Of a DNA stretch of 64,000 nucleotides, positions 17,900-32,600 are shown in pieces (the stretch's first letter is position 1; each line of letters starts with the position of its first letter). The stretch spans positions 1 through 64,000 of the forward strand of contig JAYWIR010000079.1 of assembly GCA_036172245.1 (NCBI GenBank), in the 5' to 3' direction. Below the pieces are notes generated by a model, which saw nothing but the letters and a program-made list of their open reading frames with translations, did no database searches and was not told the DNA's origin. The stretch comes from Raillietiella orientalis. Its lineage: Eukaryota. The position numbers were made by a program, and so were the translations under genes.

Positions 17900-20637
17900 A
17901 GATTCAAGAATCATATTTCAGGACTGATTCGAAATGTTCTGAAACATATAATTAAATTAGGCAAAACTTGTAATCAAAAAGCGAACAGGATCTCGTCCAC
18001 CTTCCCATTCATAGACGCTTCTGCTAAAATGGCATGCTATTTACAAGGCGTGATCTTTTCCACAAGGCACTCTGATTTTCTACGATCCTCTTTTTTTTTT
18101 TTTCTATTACACTCAAGTTTTCATCCATCAAGTCAGATAAATCTTGCATAAAAGGAAAATAGTCATCGTAAAATCTGGTGCTCGAATGATCTGGAAAACA
18201 ATATCTTATCTTCAAATAACATCTTTTAACATCTTCAGTCGGTAGAGAGCATTTCTTTCTTATAGGCATCAGAGTAGGACGCAAAAAGCGATGCTCTCAG
18301 CGACAGTTCACAATTGATTTTTATTCACTCCCGTGGATTTCAAATTTTCTATTTCCAAGAATTATATCTGAATTATCTACAACTGATGCATGCACATGTT
18401 ACGAACTCCCTCTCACTTAGCTGACCTCACTTAGGAACAAGTAATTTAGTTATTCATGAATTTAATCCGCTGATTTTTTTATGAAACTTCTCTATGGATT
18501 TTCATCTGCTACTGTACTCTTTTACCTTCGGGGACTTATTGGGATTTACAGTTCCTCAACTGCTCTCTCAGAAGATCTTGCATAAAGAGCCATATGGGTT
18601 GCCAGTGAGCAGTGCCCATTCTTACACAACCGATGCCTCGCTAGCTTTAGCTAGGGGAAGCGCAGTATTTTCAGGGGACAGTCTATAATGCCCATTTTCT
18701 TGTTCTTCCTAAGAGAGTATATCAGACGCTTGGATCATGGCACTCGTTTATGAAAGGAAGAATCCTAACTAAAAGTGGATGCGAGGGCTGGAAAATCTGG
18801 GAGGGAGGAGGGTAGTTACACAAGAGAAAAGAAGGAAGGGGAGAGGGATTCAATTTACGTCGTTCCCGAAGTGGGCAACGAACCCTGCTTTTCGGCCTCT
18901 AGGGCTGAGGCGCTCTCAGTCTCTTTTGAGAGCAGGAACAATGCATCTGTCTGCTCAGCCGCATCGACTCCGCTATGCATCTCAATGGTGCGAGGGATGG
19001 TTTTGGCACGTAAGAGGGGTGGGGGTGGGGGGGAACTTGCGTTCCAAGGTATGCTCGTCGGACCGGTTGCGTATAGCTGCATGCAGGATCCTCAAAGTAA
19101 TGAGAGAACACAGACTCCTCCTCGACCTCTGGGTTCAGAAACTCTTCGAAACGTAGGTGTCGAGAAACTTGAGACGAAGAGAGCACCGTCGACATCCACT
19201 GGTACTTTCAGTGCCTTATTCATTCAACTGAACATATGATCAGTTTGCGATCAAGGAACTGAAAACAGCTAGTAAAAGGAAAAATCAAAGTGGCGCTCAC
19301 CTATTTCCTATGGCACCCACAATTTCCCTACGTTGTAGAATATATGATGGCTTTCAGTAACAGCGCCTATTATTAAAAGAAAAATCTATGCATTTTCTGT
19401 AAGCTGAAATGTATCTTCGTAATTCTGCTGCTTGGTTCCTGCTTCACATGGATGCAGCTTCTGATCCTACGGAGCTCTGATCTTGACAATGGCGATTTCA
19501 GAGAAATAAAGGGGATGTTTATATCTTCATCCATCTTATAAGATTGCAAAGTCACTGTGACTATTACGGCCTGGACCTTACTAACTAATCATATAAGCCA
19601 AACTATTCATATGAGTCAACGAATGCATTTGGAAATGAAGGGCAAGGGCAAGCAATACGAATTCACCTTTAAGAAGGCAGAGTTTAAGTAAGTCACCTAT
19701 CAGTTTGCCGTTATCAATGTAGATATCCATATTATAACACAAGAAATGGAAGATAAAACGAATAAGAGTAAGCAGAGAATCGCTTCCGAAAACAAAAAAA
19801 TCGTGCAAAGCATAAAAATCACATTAGTATTAGAAAAATTCAGAGAATATATTATCATACATCTATGCGAAGAGACGACCATTAATAGCAAAGAATTTAT
19901 CGAAAACGAATAATTTCATTTCCATAATCAGTCATTTTTGGTTGTGGAAAAGAATTCTGTGAAGATTCAAACCATGCAAAAAACCAATCGAGCCATCTAT
20001 GGACGGAAGAATCTCAAAACTTCCTCCAAGCATGTAGTGAAATGCAAGAATATTCTGAAAAATCATGAAATCATGAGGGGCCTAGTTTTGATTGACTATG
20101 AAATCCCTGAAGCGAACCGTTTGGACCGTTTTGCCAAAATGTGTTTCAGCCGTGCACAAGCTAAGGAAAAATGCCTTCACAGTTACTTCACAGTAAAGTA
20201 CCAATTTAGTGTGAGAAAATTCTTTTCGAAAATCTCGTAACAGTTGATTCCATTAAAAATAGTATACCGGTATCAAAACTTTAACGGAAATCGTGCAAGT
20301 GTCCCAGAGTCGTCATAAGATTATTTTATTTTCATCCATACAATAATATAAAAAGTCAAAGGCTTTTCATGTCAGAATATTCATGCCATTGAATGGAATT
20401 GATCGAAACCTGTGGAATGCAATGACCCTTCATGAAATTGAGATAAACCTACAAGAAATGCTTCTGAGGAACTTTCACTTAATAAAATTATTGATGGATT
20501 TGCACATCTCCAAGGAAAAATATTGCTAAATGCAAATTCTCAATTTCGCGTACGCACAGCAACGAAAACTTACATGCCAGCAGGTTTTTCGGATATACTT
20601 TATTGCAATAAGTTAAAAAAAAAAGGTACAGGTATTT

Positions 20638-23600
20638 TCAAAACCATTTTTCCGCATTAAAGAGCATAATATAATAATCTCGTTTGTAACCAATTTCTGT
20701 AAGTGGACTGTTTACATCTCCAGTATAACGACTTATTAAATCTCGATATCCTTGGCCCACGGCTGCGAACATAGGCATCAAATCAGATCTCTTTGGTAAT
20801 GGGATGAGAGCATCAATCTTGCGCTCAAATGGGCGGAATACAGTAAGTGGCAACAAAGCCCCAGCTTCAATGACAATGATACAACCGCCTGTGGTGCCCA
20901 CAAATAAATTCGAATTCCAGATACACATACAGGTAATCTAATGTGGATTATGAACTGTGACCCGATGTCAAAATTTGCAAACCTGGCAGCATGATGTCTT
21001 GGACAATTCTTCAACGTTAATAGACTGAAGACTTTCTGAACATGGAATCAGCCTTGAGCAATCAAGTTTGGCTGAATGATTTGGATATCTATTCCAGAGG
21101 TAAACAGAACTTCCTTGGGTTATGTAAGACCACAAATAATGATCGGTGCACTCTGTGTTTGAAATTAAATTGACGAAATTTGAGTTCGTCATGTCTGGAT
21201 GTTCCAAAAATTCCTGGTCAAGCTTTAGATTTTCATCCATATGAAATAAATACACTCCATTGGAGGCACCACACCACAACTCTATTCTAAAACGGATTAA
21301 TTGAATAAAAGCATTCTTTTGATCTTACTTGTTGTCAACATAAAAAAAAGTCATGGAATGGATTGATACATTCAACTCTGGAATGAAGTGGACCATAAAG
21401 AAATCTTCCTCACTACTAGCATCAGTTGTATTGCTGTGACACAAAATAATGCGACTGCCGACTGCTACAGCTACTTTTGAAACAGGTTGCAAATGGCACA
21501 GGCATATCACTGTGTTGTCTTCAAAATGTGATGTCAGGGAGCGCTCAAAAATGATATCATAGTCATCTGGTCTAATAAATTTATACACTTAAATAATTTA
21601 CTACTTGTACAGTACCTTGAAACAAATAGATTCCCATTATTGTCAACAAACCAAATCATATCTTCAACAGAAGACATGGCCAAAATTTGGGATGGGATAC
21701 ATCGCATTTCAGAGTATGTTTTGATCCGACCAGAATCACATGTTAATACTTCCACACTATTGTTCGCACGGTATAACCAAATTGCACAGGAATGAACAGA
21801 GTTATTTGATGTGGCAGCTGTTGCTAAAATGGATGACATTCCTTCCAAAATAATAACATCATTTAAATGCGAAAATTCTGGGGCTGATACAATAGAAACA
21901 ATCTGACTAGATGTAGGACGCTCCACTTGTTTATGTAACCAACAGTGAACTAATAAATCAAATACGTACATAGGATACAAAATATCCTTAAAACATAATT
22001 TTGAATTTCGATTTATTCTATTTCTTATATTTATCTTACTTTGGATGAAAATGTAGGTCTTGCTCCCCCTAAAACTTCTTCTTTCATAAAGTTTTGTGCT
22101 TCATATGGTGGATGAAGAGTTACTAGTTCATAAATCAACATCCCAAAGGAAAAACAATCTACCTAAAACAAACATATTCAATGTGGTTAAAATTTAAGGA
22201 AATCAATTACCTTTTCACTGTATTCTTCTTCACCATGGAAACATATGATTTCAGGTGCCATGTATCCTTCAGTTCCAGCAAAACCTTTTATTCCAGTGAA
22301 CAAAGAAAACCGGCTTATACTATAATCAGCTAATTTGACAATGGTTGGCACAATTTTTTCCATTGGTTGTGAAATAGACCATACTAATATGTTTTCAGAT
22401 TTGAGATCCCTATATACTATGTGCTGTTGATGTAAATATTCTAATGCCCGACTAATTTGCTGCAAGATTTCACTCAAAATAAAAAATGGCAGTTTACATC
22501 CACAGCGCTGATAATGTCTTAAGATTCGATCTAGTGATCCATAAGGAGCCAGCTCCAAAATCAATGAAACAGGACTGATACACAGACCAAGCAATGATAC
22601 AATGTTAGGATGGTGCAAATTCTGCAAAATTCGAAATTCCTGTCTGGTTGTATAGTATGCTTTCCATGCTGACAGAATAGGATCACAGTTCCATTTACTT
22701 TTCACAGCCTATCACATACATGATTTAAGCATTCTGTACGTAATAAACATACAATACAACAGCATATATTCTGTATAACATGTTAAGACGCTTTTTGAAA
22801 CTGTACAAGCATATATTTCTGAACCTTAAAGCAATTATATCTGTAAATATTATCAATAATGTTAAGGCATATTTAGTATTTCCAAAGAGATGCATGAAAA
22901 ATGCAAAACTATAGAACCTTTCCATACAGTTAAGGTTAAAATTAATTGAAATTTAGGTTAAAAGCTATCGTAATGCATTTACCTCTAGAAAACTCACATC
23001 TACATTCTGTAATGATGAAGTAGGAACAATTGGTTGTAAGAACTTGACTGCCACTTTTGTACCTCGTTCGTTCTTTTTTCTCACAAAAACTCCTTCAAAA
23101 ACTACACTAGAAGCGCCTTGCCCCAGTGGTTTTTCCAATTTAATCGTATTTATGTCCATTAAACAATCCTTGCTTACATCCATGAACATCTAGCACAGTC
23201 AATAACAAACATATTTCTTACAAGTACGACAAACATACAATATCTGGTGCTAGGCTATATAACTGAGATTGTCCATGAAAAGGGCACAAAATAGTCTTTT
23301 CTTTTTCAAATGATTTTAAAATGCACGCTTCGAATACAAAACAGTGCAACACTTTGTTTTGATCATCAAGTGTCAAAGAATTAGACATATGTGTAAATCT
23401 ATACACATTAAAGCAATATCGACAAAACAAATCATAAGATTCTACTCACCTGGAATGTTTGCCAGAATCAACTCTACTATCAAGGTGACAGGGAGAATTT
23501 TTTGTACCTTTCCGCGTATTTTTACATTCTTCAGGAATTAGCTTTCGAAAAAGATTAAAAATAAAATCAAAATACTTTCAGAACTGCTCACATCATTTCG

Positions 23601-26600
23601 CTGATGATGTGCAAAAGTTTGAGAATCAATGTCTATAGCTTCATGTCCATCAATGCCTTCATCGATAAGGCAACTATGACATGGAATAAGACGTAAAATG
23701 AGGTATCTTCCATCAGATGCATGCATAAACCGTGTACCTATTAAGGTAATTTTTATTCAAACAATACAAGAGAAAAATGTTACCTAAAGCTGGATACCAG
23801 TCCTCTAATAATGTATCAATGCATTCTGTACATAAAGTCATCAACCTTGCTATACATTCTATTGTAGATTCCAAAACTGCATTCTCATCATGTTTGCAAG
23901 AAAAAGCATTTGGCAAAGAAATGGTTATGAATGGAAGAAATAATTCAATGAATGTATAGCCTTTGACATTTAGTTGAGTCCAACTTTCATCAACGTTTAA
24001 TTTTATTCTGTAATTTTGAAAAGTAGGATAAACTATAAAGATTAATGCAATAAGTATGAATCAAGAATATGCAAATAATAGTAGTGGATTAATAGTAATC
24101 CAAATGAATTACTCGTTGAGTACTGCTGAGACTTTATTCATGTTCCAATAATTTAAATAATAAAATCATTCAATTTTACATTTATCGGTGGTCAAAAAAA
24201 CTCGTGACATGCACACTTTAGTTATAGACTTATTTTATGAAAAGAGAGAATATTTATGTATGAAACAATGAAGCACAAAATTGAACAATACACTTATATA
24301 CACTCATATAAGGATTATAAACTGATAAAATTTAATCTAAAATTTCTATTAATCGGACAAATAAGGAGCAGCTAACAGACGATACTTTAATTGACTTAAA
24401 AAACTACTTTTTAGATCCTAAACTAAGAAATCAGGATGTTATGTTGATAAGGAATGAATACATTTGAGTGCAATTAAATTAAGTAATCCAAAATTAAGGT
24501 TTGGAAATTTTAATTAGATTAGCTTATCTTTAAAAGGTCCAGGTAAACGAACTCTTGTTCATAGTTAATAAAATCTAAAGGCTTGATCTATTTAATGAAG
24601 TCTCTATAATTTATAAACATCCTCTCATCAATATCAGATATAAAAATCCTCTCATAAAAAGGGATGCTAACGTCAGACATTAGCATCCCTTTTTTTTTGT
24701 ATGGTACTTCCGAATACATACCTCAAGCATTTATAGTCATATGGAGAATAATTCAAACAAGGGAGCATTTCCTTTATCCTCAGGATAGTAATACCTCCAA
24801 ATCGAAGTTCAATTCCAGTTGACCAACATGACCATTCTGCAGAATGATATAAAGCATCCCAAAAATTTTGTGTTAGCTATTCTGCAACATTAATCAAAAT
24901 TTACCTTTATAGAAACCTTACTTGTGTAGAGCATATGTAATACTGTTTCAGAATATCTGCTATGCTTTCTTCAGAAAGAAGGTGAATGATGAAACGGGAC
25001 CAAAACCCAGTAGGTAAATAAGCCAACAACAGAACTCTCCGGACTGAACGAGAATAATGCTCTTGATACCTGGCATCATTTTCAAAATCTTTGAAATCAG
25101 CTGCTTGCTTTTTTGCTAAAAAATAAAAACATTTGTAAATGGTCTACCTATATTTACATTAGTTGCGTTCCACCATCCATACTGATTATCCTGATTCACA
25201 TCAGGAGAAAGAAAGTAAAAGTATATGTTTTTCATTCCAATCTAGCATGCCATAGCACGTTCCTTTGAAAGTTATAAATGCATTGTCAACAATAGCGCTA
25301 TACATTATTGATAATGCAAATGATGAAAAGATGAAAAAAGATAACTAAATTACAGAACTCGAAATCGGCTTTAAAAAGACACGTGACAAACTCCCCATAA
25401 CCATGAATTACACACCGTAGAATACAATGAACAACACTAACTTTGTAACACTGGAATTACAAACCTATGACTTTATCGATAAATTACACATACAAAGAAG
25501 GAATGTCACAGCACACTCCATCAAGCAAGTTGCACCTTAAATGTCATAACTGACATGGATTGCAATGAGGAAAAGTGCTGTATACATTTTCAATAATCAT
25601 TGCCACAGCTTAATTTATGTTAACTAATCAACCTTAATAGTCATGAATTCTTTCAGAATACTAATAACCAAGTTGATAACTCATTAAAGTGCTCAATATT
25701 TGCTTTAACATATGTTCCTCTTAAACTCATTTTGTCCAAATCTTAAACCTGGATAACAGCATACCATGATGTTCAGTTCGTTGTTTACCAACAGAACTCT
25801 GAGGGGAATTTAAATACAAAGATGGTTTTGGATTTTTGAATCGGCTACTCCAGTTGCAGGAACGCAAGGGAAGCTAAAAAATTCAATTTATTTAATTTAT
25901 TTTGTTTTTTGATTCTTAACTAACAAATTTAGGATAATCAGGTGATGAAAAAAAAACTAGAAAAACTGATGACTTATCTAGAAGAGTATATAGAAAGACA
26001 CCATAATAGACATATGCACAAATAAACATGATGAAGATGGGTTCTTGATAGTTCTTTTATAGTTTTCATATTATAAAGAAGACTACGTGTTCAATTTGAA
26101 AAAGCAATCTTACCAGGAATTAAAATGTAAACATCTTTTTTTAAGAAATAAAGAGATTTTATAATTAATCCAAGGATTTCACAAGATGTAGTTTGATTTG
26201 AAAAATAAGATTTTGTTTCCACTTTCAATTATTTTAGCTACATGAGAAAACATGAGATTTAATAGTTGTAGTTTGAATAGTTCGAAAATTTGGCTGGATT
26301 TGCATGTTCCAAATTATGCAAATATTCATGCAACTCAAAAAGAAAAAAAAGATAGCATGAAATCAATGTAACTAAACTCGTTACTAGCTCTTTGTTTCAA
26401 CAAATGGAAACAATTCGAAGAAATAATCAAACAGATTAGATGCAGAAATAACAGTGGCTACTTCTTATAGAAGTAATTACTTATTATATAAATAGTCACT
26501 GTTACTCCTGCATCTAATCTGTTTATCAAAACATGATTTGACGTGATTATAAATGATAAGTTAGCACACTAACATAAAGATTGCTGATTGTTTGAGAGTA

Positions 26601-29600
26601 GTTCTCTTGATTTTGTAGAAATAACAATGGAATAAATTGTTGACAACATTATGCGATGATTGCTGCAAATTAATTTCTGTGCATATACATACTCAGAAAA
26701 GCACTGTTAATACTTGTACTTTCTAGATGGATTCTTTATGTACTTTATCCTTTGAATTAGGAAACCAAAATCAATAATCAATTACTTATGAACAGTTGCA
26801 CTGCACTTAATTACGAAAGATTTCAGAAAATTAGAAAAAAAAAAAAACGCGTGAAGAAAAGCAAATGAGAAAGATTCTACAAACTTACTTTTACAGCATT
26901 TTTTAAAGGATCAAGGAGCAGTGCATCTTCAGTGGGTAATAATGATGGAACTAGTAGATTGCGACCATCCCATGTTAAGGCAATTTCAAATTTACTAAGT
27001 AAGTTGGGAACATAAGAACCAATCATAGATGAGGAAGGTCGGAAACTTTTGAATAATACATCCAGGTCATCAGTTTTCATGATTCCTTAATACACTGGCT
27101 AGAAATAATCATATGCAAAATAAAATATACCAGAATGCATAAATGGATTAATTTCCCTGATTGTAATAACATGAGCTAACATATCACAGAGCCACTGGGG
27201 ATCCATAAAATATAAATCTTTCAAAATACAATCTTCATAATGGAGAAGAATACCTAAAAATATAGGCACTGCTTTAAAAATGAGGATATGATGAGTGAAG
27301 AAAAAAAAATATGGTTTTCTTGCATTGTGTAGTTCAAAATTTCTGAATATTAAGAATACTAGCAAAAACATACCATTGTCATGAAGAAATGATGTTGCTT
27401 GATTTAATTCCGACTCATCACGAAATGATAAGTTAAATTTGCTACTCATTTCTTCTTGAGTAATTTGCTGATATTCATGATATTTCAAAACGGGTTCTTG
27501 TCCTTGCTTTTGCAAGCGAGCTGAAAGACTGGTTACTATATCTTCCAGAGCTAAATAAACTGCTGGGATTTTTTGTTCCAACAATTTTTGTTGACTTCCT
27601 AATAACACATTAAGAATCATTTACTATAATAATTCCACGCTTCACCAAGAGCATTTTCTACCTGGAACTTTGAGATCATGTGCTGTGTCATAAATCAGAT
27701 TACACAGCATCCGGATATTGTATCGAGATTTGCAGCTTACTTCTATAGAATGAATTATCTTTGGAAGACCGGAACTACTGGGTTCAAACACATCAATGTA
27801 TTGACTGTAAAGGTATTCTCGTAACTGCTGTGTGTAATCACAGGGTACTTTTTCTTTAAGTTCATCAAAATGTGTACCAACAAGTATTACTGGAGAATTA
27901 GGTGCACGGCACTACACTACTGGTTCAATCATAGTGGGTTTACTACTTACTTGGATATTGATAAGCCACTGACGAAGATCGTCAATTGCACCATATCCTT
28001 CAGTCATTTTCCAGACCACCAAATAAATGCTGCGTTTGGACAAAAAATACTGATGAGTAGCATAGTATTCTTTCTGTCCACCGAAATCCCAAGTTCTAAA
28101 ATACATAATCTCAATTTTAAAGCAATATTTAAATGTTGCGTAACTGCTTGTAGAATTATTCAGATTGAATATATTGTAATAATTTTTTTGGAGAAGAAAT
28201 AATTCGAGTAATAATAACATGAAAAAAACAACAAATACGTACACATACATGCATTACCCACTTTTTGATGTGGTGGATTATGCTGAAAAATGTCAGCAAA
28301 TATGTGTATTCAAAACACACTGTATGCTGTAATAAGTTCTATAGAATTCATTACAAGTTGATGACAATACTTTACATGAACTTTAAACTCGTTTCTCATT
28401 ACAATTTTAGAAATACACCTGTTGCTATGTGTTTTTCTGAAATTTTAAAACTGTTTTGGGAAAACCAGTAACGACAGTGAGAATGCAGAATCTATTAAAA
28501 GTGCATGAAACAAAAAACATGAAACATGAAATAATCATGCTTCATAAAGCTACATAAAATTAACACGTTTAAAAATTTTTTAAACATAACCTTTATAATT
28601 ATACTTTATGTATTTTGGTGCCTAAGCTGCACTTGAGAATGATTTTTGTGAATAAATTTTTGTACTTCGAAAATTTTCTAGTACAAACAACCATTTGCAA
28701 ACTCATGCTTTGAGTTGAAGGTGTATTCTATTCCTTGTATGACAATTTTGGACTTGATAAATGTATGATCTCAAGTTTTAATTTTATTTTCTAATACCTG
28801 AAAGTTATGGGACCAAGAGCATTGGATCCTTTCCGCTTCCTTTCATAAATCCAAGATCCAATATCAACTCCCACTGTTGAGAGTATTTTCCTTTTTGTCG
28901 ATTTCGAAGCTGCACCCTTATTATTCATACGATTGGTCCAATGCTAAAAACAATATATTTGATGCAATTACATAAAGGTGTACCTCATTTTGCTTTTTTC
29001 TCCAGCTTCCTTGTTGCCTTAATTGCTCAAGTAAGGAAGTCTTACCAATGCCTTGATCACCAACAATCATTAATTTCATTCTGGTATATGGACGAGCATC
29101 ATCAAATACTGATCTCAAATAACCTAAAATTTCTGCTGTCTTATGCCTTTTGGATATAATCACAGTATGGAGTGGTTCATGTAAGGAACAACCATCCAAA
29201 TTCAAATTCCAAAGATGAGAAAGGAGACCCATGCTTGCAGGTAGATCATTGATACCTGCAAATTGGATGATAAGTTGGAATCAAATAAATGACTGATGAT
29301 TATCAAAAGAGGCAAATAAAAATGGAAGCAAAGTGCAAGTCTAACCGTGGTTTCCAGATATGTTAAACACTGATAATTTAGACAGGCCACAAATGCTATC
29401 AGGTATTGACTTCAAGTTGTTATTGGACACATCAAGCATGGTGAGATTTGGAAACAGCAACAGTGAATCTTTTTTGGAGAATGATAATTCCTTTTTGTGC
29501 TGAAAGATTAAAATGCATCCATTTTTGATACGGCACATGAAAAACTGTAGTATTTTTTAAGTTTAACTTGAGATAACTGAAAATTGAAATCAAATATTTA

Positions 29601-32600
29601 TGCATAAATGCTGAAAAGTTCAAACGGAAACTACAATAGTTTTCTAAAAGTGAGGAAAACAAGTCCTTTTTTTTTTTTTTTGCTTTTTAATTTAGTTTCC
29701 TAAGCTGAAAATAAATCAGAAGGTAAATTATCTAGATATTTAAGACATCTATATGATAAGTCATGGTTCTGCAAGAGAGGGTATTTAATTCAGAATTATA
29801 TGTATATGAACTTAACAAGTAAAACAGTCTATCCATTTACTTGACAGTCCAAAGCTTAACTTTTTAAAAAAAGCAGTCATGAGTCTTAAAGGAAACAAAA
29901 GTTTTGTGAGCAGAGATTTCTGAATACTCTGTATGAATAGATTCATTTTGAAACCAAAATACCACAAATCAAATCCACTAAACAGCTAAATGAATATTCT
30001 GTGCTCCACCAACTTGGAAAATAATTTATTTCTCTAGCATAATTCTTGAATTTTTTGATAAATGCAGGTTTTTATTGATTGTGTTTTTAATTCTATATAT
30101 TGATTAAAAGTACAATGATGAGTGTAATGTTAATGACTACAGTGTACAAATATTTGTACAATTTTAAATGACAGCTAATGAAATAATTTGTTTTTAAAAA
30201 AAATGAAGCCAATCACAAAATCCACAATGAACAAACAACGAAAATTCACTAAAAATTATTTTCAAGCATTAAAGCTTGCAGATACGTTTCCCAAAATAAT
30301 ATGAAATTAAAATAAGTGACATGCACTACCTTATTCATAATACTCATGCAATTTGTTGATCAAAAAATTATGTGGGTATGCATATAATCTCCAAAATAAA
30401 TCTTTCAACGAAACACAGAATAAATCACCGGAATGCTGCCTATTTAAATTTACATGTCGTTATATCTATGATAGAATGGATTTCTGAATACCATGTTCAG
30501 TTATGAGTTTAAAGATTTCTTGATCACTGTTTTCCGATTTTCAGCTCTTTCCAATCTGCCCCAATTTATGCAACATCAAAATTCATAAATGCAGAAAACA
30601 AACATTTCAATTTGCTTGTGGGCAATTATAAATAAATTTACATGTCTCATCATGAATATTCCATCTCTATTAGAGTGTTTGGGCTCCTAAAATTGCTTAA
30701 ACCGACTCATAATTACGTAGTTAGTGGGGGATAAGTCAGCTATTACTAGCTTACTAGCAGCTAACAGGAAGCAGACAATCCTAAAAACACAAGCATTACG
30801 TTACCCATCATCGACTTCCATTGATCAAAATATACTGAATGTTTTTCACACACTTGTAAAATGATTCACCAGGAAGAAAGGCCAAATGACAAAATGTAAT
30901 TGAAAATTGAAAACAACAAAGATGTCCATATTTATCTCCTGGATAAAACTTTTCCCATTAAATATATTTTTCTTGTTTAATAATCGCAACAATCAGATAC
31001 TTAACACAAAGCATTCCATGTTTATGATTTTAATCATTAATTGTTCATCTGTAACTAAATCCAAATGTTTAGAACGTTCAGGATTATAACCAAAAACCAG
31101 TATTAAAGCTATCCTATACATGCCACATTTCTTACATGAGTTCTTGTTTTGCAGGAAGTTTCTTTCTAAAAGCGTTCCTTCAGCTATGTTGAGTTTGGAT
31201 ATTACTCTAGCTTCGAAAAACAATCAGTAATGAGAAACAGATTTTAAGTCAATTATACATTCTTCGTTTTTCTTTCTCAATGCATTCGAGAAAATTGGTG
31301 ACAGAAATCTGTTCAACATTGTCCAACCAATGATGGAGAATGAGTATACAGAATGATAAATTCCAGAGGAAATTCTATTATTTCTACGTATTTTGTTTTA
31401 ATGATTCACAATTAATTCTATTAAATTTAGATCATTTTTGCATTGTTTAATATAAATCCAACATGGATATTATAACATATTCAGGCATTAGCATGCATAT
31501 TATACATGTGAAAACACTTATAGGATTATATGCACTGGAGAGTTTCTGGATTTCTCAAGTTGTGATCTTACGAGAATCCTAAGGAAAATAAAAACTATTT
31601 TATTTACCCATTCTGACAAAGATCCTTCTTCAGAAGTCTGATGACAAGAAATGGCAATTTCTTTCAAGAAATTGTTTGCTAATAATAATGAATTTAAATT
31701 TTTCAGTTGCTTATGTTTCCGATGGTCACACACTAAAATGAATTGGAAAAGTAAGTATTCTGGATTTGAAAATTAGTATAAAGCAACCAAATTAACATAC
31801 ATCAAATACATTTCATCATTTACACAAGTGGACAAAGACGAGAATTTTTAAATCAATGTAACGCATCTGAGGGTAAAACAATTGGTTTGTATGTAGCATT
31901 ATGTAAACATATTGCTCCTCACAACAATGAGACAAAATGAGAAAAATATAGACCACCTACATATACAGTGCCATTTCTTGATTTGATTATGAACATAACA
32001 ATACATTTCTTTATTTTTAGATGCAGGTGTTGCAGATGCGACAAAATCTGATTTGGTAATAATAACGTTTGACTTGGAAATATGCAAACGAAAAAATTAA
32101 TGTTATTTAGCAAATTGGTGTTATTTATATTTATGTGTTTGGAAATTAAAGCATCCTTTCACAGACAATGATATACAAAGTTTCTGATTTTTCAAAGTGA
32201 ATTTCATAAGACTTACAATCTAAAACGAATACTATCTAAAACAAGTACGCTCAAATCAAAAGAATTAAATAAAATTCTGCAAACAATCCATAATTTCAAA
32301 TGCATTCCACAAATGCAATGAGTTCATAATTACATTAACATACTATGATCTCATTTATTTTAAACATATGAAAATAATTCAATTTAATAATAAGAAGAAT
32401 TACATGAACATTTTTCCTCAACAGCTGCACAGGATGCATCAGATATGTTGCATGAGTATGTATTAAATAAAGAAATGAGTTTATTGCTTGATACATCCAA
32501 ATACTTCAAACTCAATGGATACAATCCTATGAAGCCAAGTGTCTCCAATCTTTCAAGACAAATTTGGAAACACCATTTATTTACTTTTCATTGATGTTTA

